DNA of 49,838 nucleotides from Macrostomum lignano (lineage: Eukaryota). Positions within the stretch are counted from its first letter, which is position 1, and each line of letters opens with the position of its first letter. Below are positions 12,501 to 36,022 of the stretch, piece by piece. Location of the stretch: the NCBI GenBank assembly GCA_002269645.1, contig NIVC01003991.1:1-49838 (forward strand), read 5' to 3'. The translations under genes were made by a program, and so were the position numbers. A model generated the notes under the pieces. It was not told where the DNA came from. It made no database searches and saw only the letters and a program-made list of their open reading frames with translations.

Positions 12501-14508
12501 CTAGTGGGTGTGTTTACAATTCTAGTGGGTGTGTTTACAATTCTAGTGGGTGTGTTTACAATTCTAGTGGGTGTGTTTACAATTCTAGTGGGTGTGTTTA
12601 CAATTCTAGTGGGTGTGTTTACGATTCTAGTGGGTGTGTTTACGATTCTAGTGGGTGTGTTTACAATTCTAGTGGGTGTGTTTACAATTCTAGTGGGTGT
12701 GTTTACAATTCTAGTGGGTGTGTTTACAATTCTAGTGGGTGTGTTTACAATTCTAGTGGGTGTGTTTACAATTCTAGTGGGTGTGTTTAAAATTCTAGTA
12801 GGTGTGTTTACAATTCGAGTGGGTGTGTTTACATATCTAGTGGGTGTGTTTAAAATTCGAGTGGGTGTGTTTTACAATTCTAGTGGGTGTGTTTACAATT
12901 CTAGTGGGTGTGTTTACAATTCAAGTGGGTGTGTTTACAATTCTAGTGGGTGTGTTTACAATTCTAGTGGGCGTGTTTACAATTCTAGTGGGTGTTTTAC
13001 AATTCTCATGTTTAGAATGTGTGCTAATGTCAGTGCCCCCCCCCCCTCGCCAGGTACCAGCTGATGCTGCTGCTGTTCACCCTGAGCATGCTCATCGGCC
13101 TGTTCCTGCTCATCTGGCGCATAGTCAACGAGGAGGTCAGCGGCGTCTATATTGAATTGGAATTCCTCGATTCGGTGTTCAACTACGGCCAGGGCGTGTT
13201 CATACTGGGCCTGCTCGGCTGGGACTACACCGTGCTGCCCTTGCTAACGCGCAGGATTGACCGGCTGTGCAGACGGTAAGGAGTTCTGGCCCAGACTTTT
13301 TTATAACTGACCGAATTGCTGGTTAACCGCTGCCAATTTTATACATGAATAACAGGCTGCGCATGCTGATGTTCAATGAGGATCGAATTCACCTGCCGCC
13401 TGAGTCGCATCTGGATCAGCACGTTATCAGCACTAGGGATAACTTCCTCATGCATCATATGGACCACTGTCTGCACTCCATGCGCTTCTCCAGGCGGTGA
13501 GTTGCTTTGGACGGCTTCTCTTTATTATTCATATAAATAAGGAAACTAAATTTAGCGGGTTGCAGCCTTGTGGTTGGAGCGTCGGACTCGCGACTGATAG
13601 GTCGGGGGTTCGATTCCCGATCCCACTGGAACAATCTGTGTCCTTGGGCAAGACACTTAACTCTACATTGCTTCAGTTCACCCAGCTGTAAAATGGGTGC
13701 CAGCATTAGCTGGGGTAACTGAGGGTGTGTGGCGACCCTCCCCCCCCCCAGTCCTTGGACTGAACAGCCGTACGCAGGCTTCAGATGCGCTGCGCAATAG
13801 CTGCGGCTGAGCTGTCGGTTACACATCTGCCTATTAGAAGAGGCTATTATTATTAGCGTCTTAGCAACGTGTTTTGTTACCTTGGATACGGTTGCTGATT
13901 TTGTTAGCAACCAAGCCAGCGCCATAGCAACGGTAGTATTTACCGTGGATACGGATGAATGTTACTATAGATTAGTGACTTAACAACAAAGTTAGCACCA
14001 TAGCAACGGCAGGGTTTACCCTGGATACGAATATAAATATTAATCATTTTGTGAGCAACCACTGCAAGCTCTATAAGCAAGGTTTACCTTGGATACGGTT
14101 AGCAACAGCAATTCTCAAATGCTTTCCTGCAGCCGATTGAGCGTCGGCAAGTTCGGCGCCAACCACCAGGCAGGCGAGTTCAGCGGCAAGGCTCTGGTGG
14201 ACTGGCTGATGTCAGTCGGCCTCTGCCAGGACCGCATCGACGCCGTTGCCTACGGCGAGCGGCTGTTGCTGGCCAGGGTGCTGCGCCACGAGCAGCAGGC
14301 CTATCATTTCCGCGACTCGCCCGACTATCGCTACGTCTTCTCCGAGGAGGCCGAGAATGCCGCCGCCGCCGCCTGCCCGGAGGCCGCCGCCGCCGCCACC
14401 GCTGGCGACGCCGTCAATCGACGATGCGGCCGATGTGTGTCGCTGAGTTCAAGAGACGCCCGCGACATCGAGGATTTGGTGAACGCCGAGACCGACCATC
14501 TGCACTGA
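3182..14508 (+). CDS. GPR155: GPR155/LYCHOS lysosomal cholesterol sensor (PIN-like transporter + GPCR-like + DEP domains), about 928 aa, 8 exons
   Basis: Exons 3182-3571, 4336-5461, 6304-6400, 7259-7483, 12095-12303, 13054-13275, 13356-13496, 14133-14508. All introns are GT-AG and phases are consistent once a 1-nt deletion at 3244-3246 is allowed. Motifs: [65 protein letters not shown], and [26 protein letters not shown]. Confidence 0.93.
3593..4222. repeat. 28-bp minisatellite (GCTGGGCCAGCCTCCCAGATCCTCAGTT), GPR155 intron 1
   Basis: Direct tandem copies. Confidence 0.95.
4336..5461 (+). CDS. GPR155: GPR155 exon 2
   Basis: Acceptor TTTCAG at 4335 and donor GTGAGT at 5462; lies within ORF 4335..5465, which encodes many TM helices. 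Confidence 0.93.
5534..6114. repeat. 24/30-bp minisatellite (GGTTTATGGCCCAGTCTCGGGGTT), GPR155 intron 2
   Basis: Tandem copies that diverge toward the 3' end. Confidence 0.95.
6304..6400 (+). CDS. GPR155: GPR155 exon 3
   Basis: (G)[32 protein letters not shown] resembles the GPR155 segment GIPALLVGVLL..D.AFFYGKEQ; AG/GT flanks are in phase. Confidence 0.8.
6495..7170. repeat. About 28-bp polypyrimidine minisatellite, GPR155 intron 3
   Basis: CTCTACCCCTTTCCCTCCTCTCCCTCCC units. Confidence 0.95.
7259..7483 (+). CDS. GPR155: GPR155 exon 4
   Basis: [24 protein letters not shown]...GYESL; acceptor CACAG, donor GTAGGC. Confidence 0.85.
7765..8003. repeat. 52-bp dimeric minisatellite, left half (interrupted by the LINE)
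   Basis: GGTTTATGGCCGAGTCTCGGGTTAGTTTATGTCCGAGTCTTGTCTTGGAGTT units. Confidence 0.9.
8004..10331 (-). mobile_element. 5'-truncated non-LTR retrotransposon (RT + RNase H + C-terminal Cys/His knuckle), probably LOA-like within the I/R1 group
   Basis: Uninterrupted ORF 10305..8098, extendable upstream to [20 protein letters not shown]. Contains [29 protein letters not shown], RNase H (FTDGS..GAG, SVFQAE, TDSQAA, WTPGHS..GNELAD) and CPFC..ETAEHH..C. Short 3' UTR, (TAAG)n tail at 8004-8021, and TCGGGTT duplicated at 7997-8003 and 10332-10338. No endonuclease or ORF1. Clade assignment is from recalled motifs. Confidence 0.93.
8098..10305 (-). CDS. Reverse transcriptase-RNase H ORF of the truncated LINE (735 aa, no native start)
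   Basis: ORF track plus the RT and RNase H motifs listed for the element. Confidence 0.9.
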   Translation of the reverse strand: MKSFRPISLTSFCVKLMERLILWRLRECDLRSDPVSKYQYAFQPGRTTEHALHAITSKIESAILSKQLACGLFVDFEGAFDNVLFRSFRNSLSRRNVRHSIVRWIYFMIRKRFVTSTLMGVTLTRAVMKGGPQGGVLTPLLWNLVMDELLTADIPSSITRAGYADDVAAVVSGPDPATLRNLMQQFADKAADWATQHGLKISVTKTVAVVFTKRRKWEMKNLTVYGRNIPFKKEVKYLGVTLTHDLRWTKHLDNVIGRAKRCFAQLRRAIGPTWGLSPSTVRWIYTGIIRPSITYASLIWTSVLEQKAARQRLYQLQGSICRAITGAYPSTPYEGLNTILNLPPLHLFIRAEAMKSASRLIRDKTLNNAPSGFMPMKTLIPHMDFVRRDLNNIHMDLGNVDSRPPALNIRRGFKTAIPGRDNIPLDVGVNRRSQGIHCFTDGSLFNGRAGAGIAIFHEGKMLLQESLHLGENTSVFQAEICAIEQCAQQLFQANINNFDINFYTDSQAAIKALTTENISAATVSQCHRSVQSLSVLNRIRIIWTPGHSNILGNELADSLAKEGSNPDGNHRLMRLPTPRSQVTRHINRWLHQQHQLHWNSCTEYRQSRSAMPNLNRKVSDYLISLNRTDLREMCMVLTGHGFFQRHISLQTGCPPTCPFCGIGEETAEHHVTFCPYFNKARHKYLGHPQRMDELTTADNIRDLRAFVRDSGRMRVADASTADLPTTGGDWAHPQG
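10332..10610. repeat. 52-bp dimeric minisatellite, right half
   Basis: The same unit resumes after the LINE 5' junction. Confidence 0.9.
10636..10752 (-). mobile_element. Short, internally deleted family B SINE
   Basis: B box (GGAATCGAACC on +), plus CCGCCGACCCCTGAGCA and GGGTGTACA blocks shared with the other family B copies. Confidence 0.5.
11130..11500 (-). mobile_element. tRNA-derived SINE (family B)
   Basis: Minus-strand head TGCCCAGTGGTATAGCG...GGCTCGATTCC (A/B boxes); body blocks shared with 10636-10752 and 41590-41830. Confidence 0.65.
12095..12303 (+). CDS. GPR155: GPR155 exon 5 (cytosolic loop)
   Basis: [30 protein letters not shown]; its phases bridge exons 4 and 6. Confidence 0.75.
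12420..12995. repeat. 21-bp minisatellite (GGGTGTGTTTACAATTCTAGT)
   Basis: About 27 tandem copies in GPR155 intron 5. Confidence 0.95.
13054..13275 (+). CDS. GPR155: GPR155 exon 6
   Basis: [27 protein letters not shown]; donor GTAAG at 13276. Confidence 0.9.
13356..13496 (+). CDS. GPR155: GPR155 exon 7
   Basis: [25 protein letters not shown]; acceptor AACAG, donor GTGAGT. Confidence 0.8.
13557..13855 (+). mobile_element. tRNA-derived SINE with CORE-like domain (family A)
   Basis: A-box-like head, B box GGTTCGATTCC, then GTGTCCTTGGGCAAGACACTTAAC...CAGCTGTAAAATGGG (resembles the MIR CORE domain) and an (ATT)n tail. A second copy lies at 26756-27058. Confidence 0.85.
13860..14105. repeat. Degenerate repeat rich in CCATAGCAAC and TTACCNTGGATAC motifs
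   Basis: Four TACC.TGGATAC and several TAGCAAC motifs within 250 bp. Confidence 0.6.
14133..14508 (+). CDS. GPR155: GPR155 exon 8 (DEP domain, stop)
   Basis: [48 protein letters not shown], a DEP signature. Confidence 0.9.
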
Positions 14509-14552
14509 AATCATGGACGGTTTGCTACTGTGTATACTGTGTTGTCCCTGAC

Positions 14553-15920
14553 CCCTCAGTCCCCAGCCTTGCCGTCCCTGCCCCCCTCAGTCCCCAGCCT
14601 TGCCGTCTCTGCCCCCCTCAGTCCCCAGCCTTGCCGTCTCTGCGCCCTTAGTCCCCAGCCTTGCCGTCTCTGCCCCCCCCTTAGTCCCCAGCCTTGCCGT
14701 CTCTGCCCCCCCCCTCAGTCCCCAGCCTTGCCGTCCCTGCCCCCCTCAGTCCCCAGCCTTGCCGTCTCTGCCCCCCTCAGTCCCCAGCCTTGCCGTCTCT
14801 GCGCCCTTAGTCCCCAGCCTTGCCGTCTCTGCCCCCCTCAGTCCCCAGCCTTGCCGTCTCTGCCCCCCCTTAGTCCCCAGCCTTGCCGTCTCTGCCCCCC
14901 CTTAGTCCCCAGCCTTGCCGTCTCTGCCCCCCTTAGTCCCCAGCCTTGCCGTCTCTGCCCCCCTTAGTCCCCAGCCTTGCCGTCTCTGCCCCCCTCAGTC
15001 CCCAGCCTTGCCGTCTCTGCCCCCCTCAGTCCCCAGCCTTGCCGTCTCTGCCCCCCTCAGTCCCCAGCCTTGCCGTCTCTGCCCCCCTCAGTCCCCAGCC
15101 TTGCCGTCTCTGCCCCCCCCCCTTAGTCCCCAGCCTTGCCGTCTCTGCCCCCCCTTAGTCCCCAGCCTTGCCGTCTCTGCCCCCCTCAGTCCCCAGCCTT
15201 GCCGTCTCTGCCCCCCTCAGTCCCCAGCCTTGCCGTCTCTGCCCCCCTCAGTCCCCAGCCTTGCCGTCTCTGCCCCCCCTCAGTCCCCAGCCTTGCTGTC
15301 TCTGCCCCCCCTCAGTCCCCAGCCTTGCCGTCTCTGCCCCCTCAGTCCCCAGCCTTGCCGTCTCTGCCCCCCTCAGTCCCCAGCCTTGCCGTCTCTGCCC
15401 CCCCCCCTTAGTCCCCAGCCTTGCCGTCTCTGCCCCCCCCTTAGTCCCCAGCCTTGCCGTCTCTGCCCCCCTCAGTCCCCAGCCTTGCCGTCTCTGCCCC
15501 CCTCAGTCCCCAGCCTTGCCGTCTCTGCCCCCCTCAGTCCCCAGCCTTGCCGTCTCTGCCCCCCCTCAGTCCCCAGCCTTGCCGTCTCTGCCCCCCCCTT
15601 AGTCCCCAGCCTTGCCGTCTCTGCCCCCCTCAGTCCCCAGCCTTGCCGTCTCTGCCCCCCCCCTCAGTCCCCAGCCTTGCCGTCTCTGCCCCCTCAGTCC
15701 CCAGCCTTGCCGTCTCTGCCCCCCTCAGTCCCCAGCCTTGCCGTCTCTGCCCCCCCTCAGTCCCCAGCCTTGCCGTCTCTGCCCCCCCCTCAGTCCCCAG
15801 CCTTGCCGTCTCTGCCCCCCTCAGTCCCCAGCCTTGCCGTCTCTGCCCCCCCTCAGTCCCCAGCCTTGCCGTCTCTGCCCCCCCCTCAGTCCCCAGCCTT
15901 GCCGTCTCTGCCCCCCCAGT
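14553..15920. repeat. About 31-bp C-rich minisatellite just 3' of the GPR155 stop
   Basis: CAGTCCCCAGCCTTGCCGTCTCTGC(C)nT units with a variable C-run. Confidence 0.97.
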
Positions 15921-16821
15921 CCCCATCCTCCCCTCAGTCTTAATTAGCAATGAACCAGTGCTAAGACTGTTGACTCCACAATTGATCTCTACAAGATAGC
16001 TTTATAATTACTGTTTTGTGTGGTCTGGCTTGGCACTGAGTTAATTATAGTACTCTGCGGTATTTCCCACAGGACTGATAAACGGTTGTCATTAAATATA
16101 AAAATTATGTTAATTATCGGTGCAATTATAATTTACATAAAAATTGTCAGCGTTACTCCGCATTGTTTGTTCCACTCGTTAGTATTTCTATCAATATTAT
16201 TAATTCATATAGCATTTACAGGAGTTTCTATTTATCAAGTAATCGTTAATTTTTTCCTTCGATTTCACGGAAGAGCTAAATGATCAATATAGTGCTCAGA
16301 ATATCAGAAGTCTTATTTTTGGCGATTTGTTCACCTGTCAATCATCACAGATTCTATTCTTAGGCAAATTGTTATATTATACTATTATATTATATTCTTA
16401 TCATTGGCATTTCTTCATTCGATGCTATAATAGGCTATTCGATACTACTGAACAATGCGTGTATACTACTTACTGTTCCTTGTTCTCTCTTTAAAATTTT
16501 CATATTTATATTTGCAAAATTATATTATTCTCCTTGTTGTTTGTCTATGGTTTTCATTCGGACTGATTCCAGTTTATTTTCCTTTACCTTTTGTTATCAG
16601 TGATCGTGAAATTTAGAAATAAACTAGACTATATATGCTACTTTCAGATGCTACTTTCCGAGATTAAAAAAATTCAATTATTATTTTTGTTTTGACATTG
16701 AAGACAAATTGAAGAATTATCACTTGCAATCTCTGTTCTTTATTAAATATCAAAATTTAGTAAGTTGCACTACTAACAGTAGTTCAAGCGTAGTAATATG
16801 TTGGAGAATTAAATTTTCAGT

Positions 16822-16826
16822 AAAAA
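16822..16826 (-). terminator. Pol III T-run terminator of tRNA-Gly
   Basis: TTTTT on the minus strand, 5 nt past the discriminator base. Confidence 0.7.
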
Positions 16827-16831
16827 TTGGT

Positions 16832-16903
16832 TGCGAGTGCCGGGAGTCGAACCCGGGTCGAATGCTTGGAAGGCATCCATGCTAACCGTTACACCACACT
16901 CGC
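16832..16903 (-). tRNA. tRNA-Gly (TCC)
   Basis: Reverse complement is GCGAGTGTGGTGTAACGGTTAGCATGGATGCCTTCCAAGCATTCGACCCGGGTTCGACTCCCGGCACTCGCA (72 nt). Acceptor stem GCGAGTG/CACTCGC, anticodon loop CTTCCAA, intact A and B boxes. Confidence 0.96.
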
Positions 16904-17465
16904 TCCGGTTAGCCGGTCCAATATCTGGCCAAGTTAAACTCAAACCGTCCCCTCTGCAATCCTGCACTTGAACTCAGGGCATTTATAATCTTGCTAATCT
17001 GCTTTGTCTCAGCCGACCCTTTCTGCTCTGCCCCAGAAATAGGATCTGTAGTTTGTCTACAGCTGATCACAGTTCAATATCCCCTGCTGTTGACGCAGCC
17101 AATCTCTCTTCCCTTGCACCGTCTGTCGTCTGGGTTGAGTATTATTATGGTTGGGTACATTGTCCTGCAAGATCAACATGGCAAAATATATCCTTGGGTG
17201 AGACTAAGATGGGCTTAATCACCTGATCGTTAAGTGTGTAGATAGTTTCTGGCTGAGGTATATTTAATTTTTTTTAGCTCGATCCCTTATTCTCTTTCGC
17301 TTTGCAAGCTTAGCGATTCAATAATAATTAATAGCCATGCTTTTCGCGAGCTCATAAGGAGAGGTGTATCAAATCTGCGTGGCTCTTCTCAGTCTTCTCA
17401 ATTAGCTATATAACTGTCTTATTCCTTCTATCTTTGATCCAGACAATTAAGCTCTTGCTTTGACA

Positions 17466-19120
17466 TCCTCCAGTCCTCAGAATGGACCTCTAACACCTCA
17501 GCCAGTCCTCAGAAAGGACCTCCTTAACACTCAGCCAGTCCTGAGAAAGGACCTCTGTAACACCTCAGCCAGTCCTGAGAAAGGACCTCTAGCACCTCAG
17601 CCAGTCCTGAGAAAGGACCTCTAGCACCTCAGCCAGTCCTGAGAAAGGACCTCTAGCACCTCAGCCAGTCCTGAGAAAGGACCTCTAGCACCTCAGCCAG
17701 TCCTGAGAAAGGACCTCTAGCACCTCAGCCAGTCCTGAGAAAGGACCTCTAGCACCTCAGCCAGTCCTGAGAAAGGACCTCTAGCACCTCAGCCAGTCCT
17801 GAGAAAGGACCTCTGTAACACCTCAGCCAGTCCTGAGAAAGGACCTCTAGCACCTCAGCCAGTCCTGAGAAAGGACCTCTAGCACCTCAGCCAGTCCTGA
17901 GAAAGGACCTCTAGCACCTCAGCCAGTCCTGAGAAAGGACCTCTAGCACCTCAGCCAGTCCTGAGAAAGGACCTCTAGCACCTCAGCCAGTCCTGAGAAA
18001 GGACCTCTAGCACCTCAGCCAGTCCTGAGAAAGGACCTCTAGCACCTCAGCCAGTCCTGAGAAAGGACCTCTGTAACACCTCAGCCAGTCCTGAGAAAGG
18101 ACCTCTAGCACCTCAGCCAGTCCTGAGAAAGGACCTCTAGCACCTCAGCCAGTCCTGAGAAAAGACCTCTAGCACCTCAGCCAGTCCTGAGAAAGGACCT
18201 CTAGCACCTCAGCCAGTCCTGAGAAAGGACCTCTAGCACCTCAGCCAGTCCTGAGAAAGGACCTCTAGCACCTCAGCCAGTCCTGAGAAAGGACCTCTAG
18301 CACCTCAGCCAGTCCTGAGAAAGGACCTCTGTAACACCTCAGCCAGTCCTGAGAAAGGACCTCTAGCACCTCAGCCAGTCCTGAGAAAGGACCTCTAGCA
18401 CCTCAGCCAGTCCTGAGAAAGGACCTCTAGCACCTCAGCCAGTCCTGAGAAAGGACCTCTAGCACCTCAGCCAGTCCTGAGAAAGGACCTCTGTAACACC
18501 TCAGCCAGTCCTGAGAAAGGACCTCTAGCACCTCAGCCAGTCCTGAGAAAGGACCTCTAGCACCTCAGCCAGTCCTGAGAAAAGACCTCTAGCACCTCAG
18601 CCAGTCCTGAGAAAGGACCTCTAGCACCTCAGCCAGTCCTGAGAAAGGACCTCTAGCACCTCAGCCAGTCCTGAGAAAGGACCTCTAGCACCTCAGCCAG
18701 TCCTGAGAAAGGACCTCTAGCACCTCAGCCAGTCCTGAGAAAGGACCTCTAGCACCTCAGCCAGTCCTGAGAAAGGACCTCTAGCACCTCAGCCAGTCCT
18801 GAGAAAGGACCTCTGTAACACCTCAGCCAGTCCTGAGAAAGGACCTCTAGCACCTCAGCCAGTCCTGAGAAAGGACCTCTAGCACCTCAGCCAGTCCTGA
18901 GAAAGGACCTCTAGCACCTCAGCCAGTCCTGAGAAAGGACCTCTAGCACCTCAGCCAGTCCTGAGAAAAGACCTCTAGCACCTCAGCCAGTCCTGAGAAA
19001 GGACCTCTAGCACCTCAGCCAGTCCTGAGAAAGGACCTCTAGCACCTCAGCCAGTCCTGAGAAAGGACCTCTAGCACCTCAGCCAGTCCTGAGAAAGGAC
19101 CTCTGTAACACCTCAGAAAG
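17466..19120. repeat. 32-bp minisatellite (CACCTCAGCCAGTCCTGAGAAAGGACCTCTAG) with periodic 34-bp variants
   Basis: About 50 near-identical copies with no unique spacers. Confidence 0.97.
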
Positions 19121-19729
19121 GACCCGTTAACACATTCGATGTTTAAATGTAGCTCGTAGTGAAGGCAGAAAACGGTGTGAACAAAATTGAATGGCGCAAT
19201 GTTAAAAAGTTACAGAACAACATTTAATTCACTGTCTATAAAATGCAAGTGCTCAGCCCTAGCATTTTAATGACAGCATGATGAGGTCAGTCAGGATTGG
19301 TTGCCAGGGCATGGGGAAAGCTATGCACGGGCTCTGGGCTCCCTCGCTGCACATTGGACAGACAGTCAGCGCGCACAAGTGGTCGCTGCATTCCGCATGA
19401 AAACTTCCTGTCAATGCATGTCGTGAGTTTTGACAGGAACTCATGAGCTGCGGACTTTTAGCGCCAGCCAACTCTGCAACACGTACTCCCCTCTCTTTAA
19501 GCATCCGCATTCAGTGTTCTCAAAACTCCCGCGCATCTCTGTGGCTGCAGCTCATTAAAAATCGATCTGCTTGGAAAGACTGGAATGACAGACAGCAACA
19601 AGCAATAGATTGATGCTGTGCAGTGTTGCAGAGTTTGCTGCTAGCTAAAGATAGCGCAAACAAAACCCTTGGCTGCTTGAAGCGCGATTCGGTAAGAGAA
19701 GCTGATTTTTAAGAATACGCTCGGGGGAA

Positions 19730-20160
19730 AGGCAGATTTGAGGGATGGGAGTGGCAGATTTGAAGGATAGAAGAGGCAGATTTGAGGGATAGGAGTGGCA
19801 GATTTGATTGATAGGAGTGGCAGATCTGAGGGATAGAAGAGGCAGATTTGAGGGATAGAAGAGGCAGATTTGATTGATAGGAGTGGCAGATCTGAGGGAT
19901 AGAAGAGGCAGATTTGATTGATAGGAGTGGCAGATCTGAGGGATAGAAGAGGCAGATTTGATTGATAGAAGAGGCAGATTTGATTGATAGGAGTGGCAGA
20001 TCTGAGGGATAGAAGAGGCAGATTTGATTGATAGGAGTGGCAGATCTGAGGGATAGAAGAGGCAGATTTGATTGATAGAAGAGGCAGATTTGATTGATGG
20101 GAGTGGCAGATTTGATTGATAGGAGAGACAGATTAGAAGGATGAGAGTGGCAGATTTGAG
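19730..20160. repeat. 22-bp-based composite minisatellite (GATAG(A/G)AG(A/T)GGCAGAT(T/C)TGA(TT/GG))
   Basis: Alternating variant units. Confidence 0.9.
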
Positions 20161-20937
20161 CGCCATGGGAGCTGTTTGACTGCTCTCCTACTTGGACCCC
20201 CCCCCCCTCAAAAACGTTACCGGCTGAGGGAGGCCTCCCTACCTTGATAATTGATTGCCCCTAGTTTTCAATGCAGCGCCAGAAAAAAATGTAACGCACA
20301 AGAATTAATCAGTTCATGCTGCAGCGGGCCAAAGCAAAGAAATAATTTCGCGGAAAAAAACTGTTTGCTAAAAACGCCAGTCGCACCTGCAGAAAATGTT
20401 ATATTTTTTGGGTGCTGTGCTGAGAATTTGCGACCGTATTTCTGGTCCCAATCTTTTAAAAGCTTCACTTTCTCTTACCCCACCCCTTATGACTCCCCAA
20501 TGCCTCTCCAACCACAGCTAGCCCGGTAGAAACCTTCGCTAAAGTCATTATCGCTGTCGTTATTGTAAAGCGTTTCAGAGTGAGAAGGGAAGCTGCTGAA
20601 ATGTTGACGCGGCCAGGGGCAGAGTGGAAGGGAGGCAGGGCCGGCTGCAGCGGGGCACCAACAGTTGTGTCTGGAGAGCCTCTAGGAGCCCGGCGTGTTT
20701 TTGAGAGAAGGGAACTGGGAGCTGGGTGTAGCTTCGCATGTGTTACCTCGCTCACCTGGTGCCTCTTACCCCACTCTCCCAAATCCCCAAGAGACAATGG
20801 GGGAATATTATATAGTATGCGCTACTCAAACTGATAACTCACTCCCACCCAGCTGCTTCATCAACAGCCCCGGTTGCAGCCGAGCATTGAGTCAGTCCAG
20901 CGCATTGGCGGCAGTCAGTCGGACCCAACAGCTCGTC

Positions 20938-35047
<14,110 letters not shown>

Positions 35048-36022
35048 CGGAGAAGGTTCTGCACAACAACGTGCATGCACGAGCATTTAGCAAGAAATTG
35101 TTCCACCCGATGCTAATATTGTATATAGATAACACTAACATTACTATTATATTTACATGACTGCATATAATGAGTAGCTATTTGACTGCTCCTGCCAATG
35201 ACTTATAGATAGTTTCTAACGCTTTAAGGATGCGAAAACCGGCCGCTAGATCGTGAAGAAGTAGGTGCTCTACTTATCGATTTTCCTTCTAAATGTTTTA
35301 AATCTGGTACACAGTGTACTTAGAATGTATTTCATTCGAGGTAGACTTTTCATTAATATCTATTGATAAAGAGCTAAGAAATCCCGTTACCGTTTGTACC
35401 CTAATCTCTTCTACATGTAATTACTTTTGATATTACTAAATAAGACTAGAAAGCGTAAAAAATTACTCAAAGATGATTTTTGAAGAATGGATGGTTATAG
35501 AATGTTTGCTGTGCACTGCAAACGGGTGGAACAACTAATTCCACAGTGTGAATATTCGTTATATATTAGAGCAACAACTTTGTGAGTAAATTTTACAAAT
35601 AACAGAGGAAAGATACAAGCTTCATTGACTTGCGGGTTTAAAAACTACACAGTTGCTTAAAACTTATAAACTACTGCATGTACATCGGTGTACTCACATG
35701 TACAGCGGTGCAGCGGAACAACAGTTGCAGTTAAAAATGTAATAATGAGCATGTAATAACTATGTTAAAATATATTGAACTTCAGAGAATTTTAATTAGT
35801 AGTGCTGGACTTTTTCGCGTTGGATACGTTTTGTTCGAGCAGAAAGTCTCACTGGCTGTTTTTTGGCTTGTTAATCATCCTTAATGGCACAGTCGACGAA
35901 AACGTTCACACAAAGCGTTAGTCTAAAAATTAGGTAAAGCGAGGGCAATAGTAGTTTCAGGACACGGCTAGCTCAACACTCAACAGTAACAGCTATAGGG
36001 GCCGTGATGAAAGCATAACTGG

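Noticed and set aside
13557-13630. Second tRNA gene
   Set aside because: It has A/B boxes but no paired acceptor stem, and continues into a CORE-like body repeated elsewhere, so it is a SINE head.
14530-15999. Many Pro/Ser-rich ORFs
   Set aside because: Translations of the C-rich minisatellite. The same applies to repeat ORFs at 3593-4161, 5363-6107, 6440-7219, 12426-13064, 19645-20166, 23213-23808, 28850-29618, 37691-38450 and 43196-43859.
16020-16283. 87-aa hydrophobic ORF
   Set aside because: AT-rich composition produces such ORFs by chance; no true ATG start and no homology recognised.
17466-19120. CRISPR array or hammerhead ribozyme array
   Set aside because: Units are head-to-tail with no unique spacers, there are no cas genes and the context is eukaryotic. 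The GTCC..GGAC stem lacks the CTGANGA and GAAA core.
19259-19510. 83-aa Cys/His-containing ORF
   Set aside because: No recognisable domain, splice signals or supporting neighbours.
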